Shown here piece by piece: positions 29,995 to 38,538 of a stretch of DNA of 42,039 bases. The stretch spans positions 1 through 42,039 of IMG/VR virus record IMGVR_UViG_3300043570_000825. One strand, given 5' to 3'. The position numbers and the translations under genes were made by a program. The stretch is from a virus. Its lineage: Duplodnaviria > Caudoviricetes. Under the pieces are notes generated by a model. That model saw only the letters and a program-made list of their open reading frames with translations. It searched no databases and was not told the DNA's origin. Each line of letters starts with the position of its first letter. Positions within the stretch are counted from its first letter, which is position 1.

Positions 29995-31040
29995 GACAAC
30001 TTATTTCTTTTACTCATTTGCTTATCATATACATAGTAACAATATTGTTTTCCTACACTATGAATAAGTTTACCTATCCAATTATCTTTTGGCAATGTAC
30101 CCACTTCATAAGCCATATGCTCAGTCCAAGGTTTTACCATCATATAAATCCACTTAGTATTTTGTGGTTTAGCTTTCATATACTTAACTACATTTCTAGC
30201 CCACATCATATATCCTAATACCAAACGAGGGTCTTTCTCATACATCATCTCACCATAAATTTCATCGGCGTTCCAAATGTGTTGAGGTAAGTAACCCTGA
30301 TTGTATAATTCGTTACAAATAATTTTCTTCTTCTTAGTAGTTGCGTTTGTAAGTTGTTGATTAGCTGCAATCAATTGTGTTTGGTTAGCATTCAATTGAG
30401 TGTTTATCTGATTTATTGTTTGATTAAGATTTACTATCTGCGCTTGTGCCGATGTAAGTTGCTCACCCAATAATGCGTTCTCTTGTAATAAAGAAGTATT
30501 TCTTGCACTCAAAGAAACTCTTTGAATAGATTCTGCAGTTGCTTTTTGTATTGAATTTTGTAAACTACCAATACTACTTTCTATTTTTGAATTTGCTTGT
30601 AGTGTTTGATTTTGAGATACGGCTAAAAGTAAATCTTTAGAATCCATTTCCACCAAAAGACTTTGAGTTGTTATTTCCAATTCTTTAACTTTTGATGCTA
30701 AATTAAGAGTAACACTATTTAATCTTTCAACTTGTAATGTTAAATCTGCTATTAATTGGTTGGCTTGATTATAAGATGTAAGTAATATAGTTGGCGGTAA
30801 CTCCGGTGCTTCCACTGGTATCAATTCAACTATATTTGTATCTATTGATTTTATAACCTCAACCTCATTATATTTTGGTTTTGTTAATTTACCAGAAACT
30901 ATACCATCATCCGCAACAGACCCACTAAATACATGGACACCAAATTCATTTTTAGTTTTGATTGCTAATGAACCACTAACTAAAAGCTCTGATATCATGC
31001 CTTCATTTCGTAAACCCGTCTTTATTAATCTTTTTATCAT
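29985..31040 (-). CDS. Coiled-coil protein with a distinct C-terminal KIIC-type helical domain
   Basis: Long Q/N/L heptad region followed abruptly by KKKKIICNELY...GYMMWARNVV, an aromatic and Met-rich domain. Confidence 0.55.
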   Translation of the reverse strand: MIKRLIKTGLRNEGMISELLVSGSLAIKTKNEFGVHVFSGSVADDGIVSGKLTKPKYNEVEVIKSIDTNIVELIPVEAPELPPTILLTSYNQANQLIADLTLQVERLNSVTLNLASKVKELEITTQSLLVEMDSKDLLLAVSQNQTLQANSKIESSIGSLQNSIQKATAESIQRVSLSARNTSLLQENALLGEQLTSAQAQIVNLNQTINQINTQLNANQTQLIAANQQLTNATTKKKKIICNELYNQGYLPQHIWNADEIYGEMMYEKDPRLVLGYMMWARNVVKYMKAKPQNTKWIYMMVKPWTEHMAYEVGTLPKDNWIGKLIHSVGKQYCYYVYDKQMSKRNKLSWQ

Positions 31041-31042
31041 TT

Positions 31043-32113
31043 CTAGTTCTTTGCTATACTAAATGTTATATTATCATCAAAATATTGTGAACCACCATCT
31101 TTCTCAACCATAAATTCTATTTTATAAACTCTACCAGCTTCCCAATTGGAAAGATTGAGTTTTATATAGTTACCATCAGCATCACAACTTATTTTAGAAT
31201 AGTTACCAAATGGAATTATAATATCATTAGATGCAAAATCTCTTATCTGATAGTATGTAGTTTGTGGCAAATACTTTTGAGTGTTGTATGCAAATTGATT
31301 TGAAAAAGTTTTCAATGGATACAATTCTCTACCAAATATTCTTATTTTAGGAATACTATTTAGTTTGTATTCTTTTTTCAAATTGTTAATACCAATTTTA
31401 ATATCTTCTGCAGTTAATGCTGCTAATGAACCAGTTATATAAGATTGGTCATCCCAACCTATTCTAATCTTTGGTTGATATATAGTGTGTGTTTCTTTAC
31501 TAAAGAATTTAATTACACCATAATCTTCTGTATTGGATTCCACATCAGTTGCGTATTTTAAAATAAACCCATCGTTTGGTATAGAACCACTCATCCAAGA
31601 TTTTAAAATAGATTTCACATCCATATTAATATCAGATGTTTCATAATTAAATGATTGAGATGCTTCGTATTGTGTCCACCAAGTTCCACCACCACCATTA
31701 TTCACACTAGCAGTTGTATTTGTTGCGAAGTTATTTTGCAACCATTCTAAGTTAGTATCACCTTCTCTATAATTCCAAGTTACACCCTGCGTTGATATAT
31801 TATCAAAACGAGTACCAGTACCCATTTGCCAACTACCAGATAGTGCATTTGCATATATTGTATATTCTAATGGAATTTCATTTGTTTCAGTCTCTCTTAA
31901 AATTAAAGTTGCATCATTAAATCCAATACTATTATCTGATATTGATTTTGATATGTATCCTACTTCAAATTTTACCAAAGCATGAGATACATCTTTTATG
32001 TTCCCATAATATATTTTACTTATTTCTATAATTTCATCAAGCCCAGTATTTTGATTGGGTTGTTGAAGATAAAGCGTTGCATCTTTTGATGCTGTTAAAA
32101 AGTAGTATCCCAT
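31043..32113 (-). CDS. DNRLRE/CBM96-like domain virion protein
   Basis: KDATLY...PNQNTG, ALVKF, TWN, NDGFILK, FFSKE and PKIRI pattern typical of DNRLRE domains; TAATG coupling to the gp6-like gene. Confidence 0.55.
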   Translation of the reverse strand: MGYYFLTASKDATLYLQQPNQNTGLDEIIEISKIYYGNIKDVSHALVKFEVGYISKSISDNSIGFNDATLILRETETNEIPLEYTIYANALSGSWQMGTGTRFDNISTQGVTWNYREGDTNLEWLQNNFATNTTASVNNGGGGTWWTQYEASQSFNYETSDINMDVKSILKSWMSGSIPNDGFILKYATDVESNTEDYGVIKFFSKETHTIYQPKIRIGWDDQSYITGSLAALTAEDIKIGINNLKKEYKLNSIPKIRIFGRELYPLKTFSNQFAYNTQKYLPQTTYYQIRDFASNDIIIPFGNYSKISCDADGNYIKLNLSNWEAGRVYKIEFMVEKDGGSQYFDDNITFSIAKN

Positions 32114-34149
32114 TATTTTGCCCTTCCTTTTATGTCCGAATCCGGATATTTAATTTCAAAAATAGATGGGTCTAAAGATGGATATACAATCTTAGCTTTA
32201 GTTGCCGCTTCTATATTGTATGAATTCGGTGCGTATTTACCCCCACACTTATTCACTATTGATAAACTTGGAACAGATGAAACTCCTTCTATATTTGCTA
32301 TTAATAATTCAACCTCACTCAAATTTATGGTTTGATTAAATTGCCAATTATCAATGTTAAAATAATCTTTTAATTCAGAAATACATTTTGCTAATACTTC
32401 ACTCTTATTATAATTTTGGTAAACTGATATTTCAAAATCAATACCTATGTTTATAATAAATCCATCGTTAATATTAATACCATCAGTTAATAATCTATAC
32501 TCATTTAAATAAGTCTTTACATTTTCTTTAACACCTCTAGTAAGTGGTACTAATCTTCCAAATAAGTCATATCCTAACAAATACAAATTAATTGCAAATG
32601 GGTTATTCTTTTCATTTTCGTTTGAAGTCTTTCCAATTAAATATTGTGTAATATCTTCTTTTATAGATTGTTCAGATGGTTCTTCGCTATCAGGCATATT
32701 AACAAAGTTCATTACCAAATCAGTAAATTCTTGCAAATTGTTAGGTGATGCTAATATAGATGCTGGCGAGTTATTATCTATTGTACCATCAGCTACAGCG
32801 TAAGCTTTTGCAACTGCTCCAAATTTTGCAGGCATAGATAAAACTCTTACCTGATAATCTTTTGCAGTTACTGCTCTATTTTGTGAACCAAAGTTTGCTA
32901 AAGCGTTTTGTCTAATTTCTTCAACAGTCTCACCACCTCTACCACCTGCAGCAGTAACTTCATTATCAATAGCTACAGAGTTTTTTGTTGCTTCGTAAAT
33001 TGCTCTTTCACTATCACTCAATGCTTGAGTATCTTCTTCAAATTCTATTTTAGTAATTCTAGTCAATTGACCTGTTGCTACATTTGATTTAACACCACCA
33101 CCTACTAAATATCTAACAGTCATTGTTGTACTTGCCGGTGATGTACCATATGTTTTTGTTTTTAAAAAATTTGTTGGGTCAAATGATTCATCTAATCTAC
33201 TAATAGAGTTTGGTAATCCCAATCCAACATTTTTAAGATTTGGAATTAATTGTTCATCAGATGCAGTTGGGTCACCGGCTCCAAATTGAATTACAGTTCT
33301 ACTTTCCTCATCTACCTTTGCAACAAATCTTCTTGGAGTTTTTATTGTTTTTAAAATATATGGTACAGTTGTTTTAAATTGATATAAATCAGCATCATTC
33401 ACTTCTGTGTTTGGTACATCTATAAAAACCATTTCTTGTGCTAAATATGGTACTTCATACCATTTATTATTACCACTATCTCTGCAATCATATATTTGAA
33501 TAACATTAGTTTCATCCAATACTATTTTTTGAAATGGAGAATATGAATCAAATGTAACTGATGTTTCTACCAACTCCGCAGATATTGCTTGTACATATTT
33601 TTTAATTAAATAAAAACTTGGTTCTCCTGTTGCAGAATCTCTTTGATAAACACTAATCTCTCTACCAGCTGCATCAGAAAAATCAATAGCGTCTGTTGTT
33701 CTGAATACTATACCATCTTTTGTTGATGTAGATTGTAATCCTTCTTTAATTCTTAAAAAATATTTTGTATCCGGTAAATTATTTACTCCAGTTCCAATTG
33801 ATGGAACTAATTGATAAACCGATAGTGTTGTAATTGCTGGCGATGATACTTTTGGTTTGTATCCCAAATATTGTGATAATGCTAATACACTTTTTATATC
33901 TTCAGCATATACCATTAATGATTCTTTTAAAGTATCATCAATATAATAAGATAATGAATCACCTATATACGATGCCATTTCTATAAACATCATACCAGGA
34001 GAAGATTCATTAAAATCGGAATATGTTTTTGGGAAATAGCTTTTTGCAAACTCTACTAGATTATTTCTAAATCCAACAAAGTCCTTATCAAGATATTTTA
34101 TATCTTTTCCTTTATTTTTAAAATTTTTATTTGTTACAGTTATTCCCAT
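32113..34149 (-). CDS. Baseplate wedge subunit (T4 gp6 / baseplate J-like)
   Basis: DFxxFRNNL...YSDFNESSPGMMFIEMASYIGD, LGYKP, IQFG, GGRGGET and QNRAVTAKDY motifs; follows the gp25-like gene. Confidence 0.88.
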   Translation of the reverse strand: MGITVTNKNFKNKGKDIKYLDKDFVGFRNNLVEFAKSYFPKTYSDFNESSPGMMFIEMASYIGDSLSYYIDDTLKESLMVYAEDIKSVLALSQYLGYKPKVSSPAITTLSVYQLVPSIGTGVNNLPDTKYFLRIKEGLQSTSTKDGIVFRTTDAIDFSDAAGREISVYQRDSATGEPSFYLIKKYVQAISAELVETSVTFDSYSPFQKIVLDETNVIQIYDCRDSGNNKWYEVPYLAQEMVFIDVPNTEVNDADLYQFKTTVPYILKTIKTPRRFVAKVDEESRTVIQFGAGDPTASDEQLIPNLKNVGLGLPNSISRLDESFDPTNFLKTKTYGTSPASTTMTVRYLVGGGVKSNVATGQLTRITKIEFEEDTQALSDSERAIYEATKNSVAIDNEVTAAGGRGGETVEEIRQNALANFGSQNRAVTAKDYQVRVLSMPAKFGAVAKAYAVADGTIDNNSPASILASPNNLQEFTDLVMNFVNMPDSEEPSEQSIKEDITQYLIGKTSNENEKNNPFAINLYLLGYDLFGRLVPLTRGVKENVKTYLNEYRLLTDGININDGFIINIGIDFEISVYQNYNKSEVLAKCISELKDYFNIDNWQFNQTINLSEVELLIANIEGVSSVPSLSIVNKCGGKYAPNSYNIEAATKAKIVYPSLDPSIFEIKYPDSDIKGRAK

Positions 34150-34159
34150 TTTTATTTTA

Positions 34160-34588
34160 TTAAGCTGCTATTGTGAAAGATACAGTGTTTAAATCAGGTT
34201 GATTTAATAATCCAAATGTTACCGATACATTTATTAAATTATTATCTCTATTGTTATTTGTACTTTCTACATCTATTTGTTCAATTGTAACATATGGTAA
34301 CCATTGTTCTAATGCGTTTGTTATAGCATCTTCAATTTTACCTGGCAAAGTATCATCATTAAAATCAAATAATAATTCTTGCAGTCCACTACCAAATGCG
34401 GGTTGCATTACTCTTTCACCTCTTTTGGTTAATAGTAAATTTTTTACATTTGATTTTATTTGCTCATTAGTTGTAAAAGTTTGATTGAACGCAGTATTAC
34501 CAATTTGGATTGGTAATGATATACCTATCGCATAATCTTCATACTTTTTAGTATCTTGTACTAATTTTTGTCCTAATACAACTGCCAT
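34160..34588 (-). CDS. Baseplate protein, gp25/GPW family
   Basis: NLLLTKRGERVMQPAFGSGL...LF...WLPYV signature. Confidence 0.9.
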   Translation of the reverse strand: MAVVLGQKLVQDTKKYEDYAIGISLPIQIGNTAFNQTFTTNEQIKSNVKNLLLTKRGERVMQPAFGSGLQELLFDFNDDTLPGKIEDAITNALEQWLPYVTIEQIDVESTNNNRDNNLINVSVTFGLLNQPDLNTVSFTIAA

Positions 34589-35088
34589 TATTTCTTTTTA
34601 AATCTTTTAACCAATTCTGAATAATCTCTATTCAATGCTTTATCTAATTCAGGCACTCCAGTGTTTACACCCAACCCAGTTGGAGAAGGTCCTTTTGCTA
34701 AATCACCATACCCCATTTTTTCAGCTATTGCAGTTCTACCAACAATTGAACCCATATCACCTTGTCCAAAATTCATTGTTCTGAACCCACCATCACCAGT
34801 TGTAGGTGTCATTGCGGTTTCATTTAGAATTTGGTTAATCATTGGGTTTTTGCTAAATTGCTTTGTAGGTACTACCTTTGGTGCTACTGATTCTTGAATG
34901 GTTTCATCTTCCATCATAGCTTTAGCCATTGATAATCCAGTATTTTTAGGTTGTACTGGTTGTTTACCTTCACTTAATAATCGTTTTACTTCCTTTTGTA
35001 CGGATTCTTTGATTAACGCAGGTAATTGCTCCTTCAATTCCTCTTTTATAAGGATTTGTATAGCTTTTAATAATTTATCTGTGTTCAT
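34588..35088 (-). CDS. Hypothetical protein
   Basis: 166 aa, TAATG-coupled to the gp25-like gene, candidate late motif upstream. Confidence 0.6.
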   Translation of the reverse strand: MNTDKLLKAIQILIKEELKEQLPALIKESVQKEVKRLLSEGKQPVQPKNTGLSMAKAMMEDETIQESVAPKVVPTKQFSKNPMINQILNETAMTPTTGDGGFRTMNFGQGDMGSIVGRTAIAEKMGYGDLAKGPSPTGLGVNTGVPELDKALNRDYSELVKRFKKK

Positions 35089-35105
35089 ATATTGTTTGTT
35101 ATGTT

Positions 35106-35114
35106 TATAAATAT
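35106..35114 (-). promoter_or_regulatory. Candidate late promoter motif ATATTTATA
   Basis: 17 nt upstream of ATG 35088. Confidence 0.65.
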
Positions 35115-35158
35115 TTCAATTAAGTATTTTTAAGATTTAACTTAAAAAGGATATATTT

Positions 35159-36256
35159 CTATTCGTAAATAGAAACGTGCATAGGGTCATTACGGCTCAA
35201 CCATGTCATTCCTTGTGATTTGAATATTGCAGCCACCCTTTGAAATCCTTTATCAAAATCATTAAGTGGTCTAACCTTAGTAGTACCACTATAAATGCCA
35301 TCATCTTTAAAATTGTACCCATATGGATATACAGATGTATTCATATCTATCGCAGTTCCCCAAGCGTGATTGGAAAATCTACTACCACAGGTTACGTTTC
35401 TAACAGCAAGTCCGCCTGCGCAATTTTCAATATATTTTTCTAATCCTTGTGCTTTTATTTTTTCTATTGCGGGTTTTACAATTGCTGCTAAATGTTTATG
35501 TACCATTATTTTCTTACCGCCATTCTTTGTTGGAAATATAATTTCCGTGCAATTAACTTTCAAATATTCATTATTAACCTTATACCAATATCTAGGACAT
35601 TTTCCCTTTTCGGTTGTTTGAACTTCGAAATTGCCCGGAGTACCCTTTGCTGGCCAATGTCCGCTTCCACATTTCTTAAATAAAGCTTCATCTCCTTTAC
35701 CAGCTAATTGCGGTTTTGGTTTATCAGGTTGGCCATCACCAGCTCCACTACCAGCAGCAGTACTTGTACCACTTGCGCCGCTAGTACCTGTTACTGATAC
35801 AGGTCCAGACCCAAAATCAAGACTCCCACTTTCACCAAGCGGTGGGTCTTCTCCTAATACTACACCATCATCGCCAGAGTTATTAACCTCCTCATTGTAT
35901 TCCTTAATTGAGTTGAACGCTTCATCTGAAGTAACTTCACTATTATTTGCCATAGCATCTTCTTCACTTTCAAATTGAGCTTCATATGCAGCTTGACTTG
36001 CAGGATATTCTTCGTTTATATCTCTTTCAACCGCAGCTGCTTCTTCGGCATCAACACCACCCAATGTAACACTCGGTTTTGCAGGAGTAACCACATACCC
36101 AGTCCAATTTATTATACCAGGTCCGGGAGTTCCAATTGGTGGGTACAATGATACTGTATTTATAATACCACTTACAGTAGATAAATGTAATGTGGCATAT
36201 GATATAAAATCATCTACTATAAGACCTGCGTTTTTTGTTGGTGGTATTACTGACAT
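35159..36256 (-). CDS. Virion-associated M15-family Zn peptidase (peptidoglycan hydrolase), copy 2
   Basis: R...SNHAWGTAID...DPMH (SxH-x6-D and DxxH Zn/catalytic motifs); short N-terminal domain and acidic linker. Confidence 0.8.
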   Translation of the reverse strand: MSVIPPTKNAGLIVDDFISYATLHLSTVSGIINTVSLYPPIGTPGPGIINWTGYVVTPAKPSVTLGGVDAEEAAAVERDINEEYPASQAAYEAQFESEEDAMANNSEVTSDEAFNSIKEYNEEVNNSGDDGVVLGEDPPLGESGSLDFGSGPVSVTGTSGASGTSTAAGSGAGDGQPDKPKPQLAGKGDEALFKKCGSGHWPAKGTPGNFEVQTTEKGKCPRYWYKVNNEYLKVNCTEIIFPTKNGGKKIMVHKHLAAIVKPAIEKIKAQGLEKYIENCAGGLAVRNVTCGSRFSNHAWGTAIDMNTSVYPYGYNFKDDGIYSGTTKVRPLNDFDKGFQRVAAIFKSQGMTWLSRNDPMHVSIYE

Positions 36257-37149
36257 ATTATAATTATTTATTCATATATGGAAACGTGCATAGGGTCATT
36301 ACGACTTAGCCATGTCATTCCTTGTGATTTGAATATTGCAGCTACCCTTTGAAATCCTTTGTCAAAATCATTTAAATCTCTAACTTTCGTTTTGCCGCTA
36401 TATATCCCATCATCTTTAAAATTATATCCATATGGATATACAGAAGTGTTCATATCTATTGCAGTTCCCCAAGCGTGGTTTGAGAATCTACTTCCACAAG
36501 TTACGTTTCTAACTGCTAAACCACCTGCGCAATTTTCAATATATTTTTCTAAACCTTGCGCTTTTATCTTATCAATAGCTGGTTTTACAATTGCTGCTAA
36601 GTGCTTATGAACCATTATTTTTTTACCACCATTCTTTGTTGGAAATATAATTTCAGTACAATTAACTTTTAGATATTCACTATTAACTTTATACCAATAT
36701 CTAGGACACTTTCCTTTCTCAGTTGTTTGTACTTCAAAACTACCAGGTGAACCTTTTGCTGGCCAATGTCCGCTTCCACATTTTTTAAATAAAGCCTCAT
36801 CACCTTTACCAGCTAATTGTGGTTTTGCTTTATCGGGCCCAGCACTACCCCCTCCACCATCACCGCTTGTACCACTAGTACCTGTTACCGATACAGGTCC
36901 CGTACCAAAATCAAGACTCCCACTTTCTCCAAGTGGTGGGTCTTCTCCTAATACTACACCATCATCGGATGAATTATTAACTTCTTCATTATATTCTTTA
37001 ATTGAATTAAAAGCTTCCTCCGAAGTAACTTGGCTATTATTTGCCATAGCATCTTCTTCACTTTCAAATTGAGCTTCGTAAATCGCCTGATTTGCTGGGT
37101 ATTCTTCGTTAATATCCCTATCTACTGCCGCTGCTTCATCTGCATCAAC
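35159..37149. repeat. Imperfect ~0.9-kb direct duplication (35159..36055 and 36268..37149)
   Basis: Linker plus peptidase coding region repeated, with many synonymous and few amino-acid differences. Confidence 0.9.
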
Positions 37150-37566
37150 TGAATCTTGTGTTGGTACTGATGGTGATGCTATTGGTGGAGTCCATTGACC
37201 CGGATTAACTACTATATTAGTTACAACAGAAATATTTGAAGTTGCTCCGGTTGCTGGTATTATTGGTGTTGGAAAATTATTCATAGTTGCACCACTCCAA
37301 TATGCAATAACGCCTTTGCCCATCTCACCAACTAAATCATATGGTGCAGTTGATGTTTGTCCTTTTAATAAAGCTGCTTTAAATAATTGAGTCATAGCTT
37401 CAACATTTCCCCTTTGTAAAGATATTTGATGAAGTGAATCTTTTCCTCTTTTAATTGCAGCATCATATTCATTAGCATACGTTTTTGCTACAGTATCAAT
37501 ATCTGCAATACTTTCCGGACTATTGGAAAGTTGTAATATATTATCTTTAAATGTTTGCCAAGACAT
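36268..37566 (-). CDS. Virion-associated M15-family Zn peptidase (peptidoglycan hydrolase), copy 1
   Basis: Same catalytic motifs; different ~135-aa N-terminal domain. Confidence 0.8.
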   Translation of the reverse strand: MSWQTFKDNILQLSNSPESIADIDTVAKTYANEYDAAIKRGKDSLHQISLQRGNVEAMTQLFKAALLKGQTSTAPYDLVGEMGKGVIAYWSGATMNNFPTPIIPATGATSNISVVTNIVVNPGQWTPPIASPSVPTQDSVDADEAAAVDRDINEEYPANQAIYEAQFESEEDAMANNSQVTSEEAFNSIKEYNEEVNNSSDDGVVLGEDPPLGESGSLDFGTGPVSVTGTSGTSGDGGGGSAGPDKAKPQLAGKGDEALFKKCGSGHWPAKGSPGSFEVQTTEKGKCPRYWYKVNSEYLKVNCTEIIFPTKNGGKKIMVHKHLAAIVKPAIDKIKAQGLEKYIENCAGGLAVRNVTCGSRFSNHAWGTAIDMNTSVYPYGYNFKDDGIYSGKTKVRDLNDFDKGFQRVAAIFKSQGMTWLSRNDPMHVSIYE

Positions 37567-37577
37567 AATTAATTTTT

Positions 37578-38537
37578 TTAAACATCTAAATTGGTATCTA
37601 TATGTTCTTGAAGTGTGTTAATAGCTCTATCAGGATATATATTTGTAAAAGAAGTACCAGTTATAAATCCTGTTTTATTTTGATTTTTGTATGCACTTGT
37701 TATATAAAATCCTTTTTTGTTTCGTTCAATATACAAATAGAATTTTTTACCCGTATCTAAACCTTCATATGTTTCTACGAATTTTTGAGGTTCAGTTAAA
37801 TCAGGATCACCTATTGTTTCGTTTGATTTTGCAATAGCTGCTTTAGCTGCGTCTTGAGTAGGTTTTGCATCCTTCTCAGCAATTTCTGTTGTTTTATTAA
37901 TTGTAATTTTATCCTTTTCTTCTTGTGTCAATGGTTTACCACCATTTTCTTCTTGAGCTTTTTTAATTTCATCCTTCACACTTTGTTTAGCTTTTTCAGC
38001 AGTAGCAGTTGCTTTTTCTTCTGCACTTGCAATTCCTTGTTTTACTTTATCTTGTGCATCCGATACTACTTTTTGTGCTTTTTCTTGTGCAGTAGCAACA
38101 GCTTTTTCTGCTTTTTCTTGTGCAGTAGCAACAGCTGCTTTTGCTTTTTCTTGTGCACCCTCTACTTTAGCTTTTGCTTTTTCTGCTAATTGTTTTGCTT
38201 TTTCAGATGCTTTAGCTAATTTATCTTTGAATTTATTATTTTTAAGTTTTTTTGGTACTGGTAATTCTTTTTGTTTAAATTCAGGAACACCCGGCAATTG
38301 AGGTACATTTGGTAACTTAGGTAATGGTGGTATTGCAGGTGGTTTTGGTATTTTTGATTGTAAATCGCCTATCGCATTTGTTGCGGCTGATGTTGCATTT
38401 CCAACTGCGTTTGTTGCGGCTGATGTTGCGTTTCCAACTGCGTTTGTTGCCGTTGATGTTGCGTTTCCAACTGCGTTTGTTGCCGTTGCTTGTGCATTTT
38501 CAGCTACATTTGTTGCTTGTCCACTTAAATTTTCCAT
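37578..38537 (-). CDS. Low-complexity protein with two 11-residue repeat arrays and a Pro-rich hinge
   Basis: ATNAVGNATS(T/A) repeats, PKPPAIPPLPKLP hinge, AQEKAxxAVAT repeats, small C-terminal globular domain. Confidence 0.7.
   Translation of the reverse strand: MENLSGQATNVAENAQATATNAVGNATSTATNAVGNATSAATNAVGNATSAATNAIGDLQSKIPKPPAIPPLPKLPNVPQLPGVPEFKQKELPVPKKLKNNKFKDKLAKASEKAKQLAEKAKAKVEGAQEKAKAAVATAQEKAEKAVATAQEKAQKVVSDAQDKVKQGIASAEEKATATAEKAKQSVKDEIKKAQEENGGKPLTQEEKDKITINKTTEIAEKDAKPTQDAAKAAIAKSNETIGDPDLTEPQKFVETYEGLDTGKKFYLYIERNKKGFYITSAYKNQNKTGFITGTSFTNIYPDRAINTLQEHIDTNLDV
38077..38156. repeat. 33-bp coding tandem repeat (~2.4 copies)
   Basis: gctttttcttgtgcagtagcaaca unit at 38077 and 38110, partial at 38143. 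Confidence 0.8.
38374..38520. repeat. 33-bp coding tandem repeat (~4.5 copies)
   Basis: Unit gcgtttgttgcggctgatgttgcgtttccaact with variants at 38374, 38407, 38440 and 38473. Confidence 0.9.
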
Positions 38538-38538
38538 A

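Noticed and set aside
35159-37149. Peptidase duplication as an assembly artefact
   Set aside because: The copies differ at many synonymous positions and by a linker indel, which an artefactual duplication would not produce.
38374-38520. 33-bp repeats as a CRISPR array
   Set aside because: Units are directly adjacent with no unique spacers, are a multiple of three and encode an in-frame peptide repeat.
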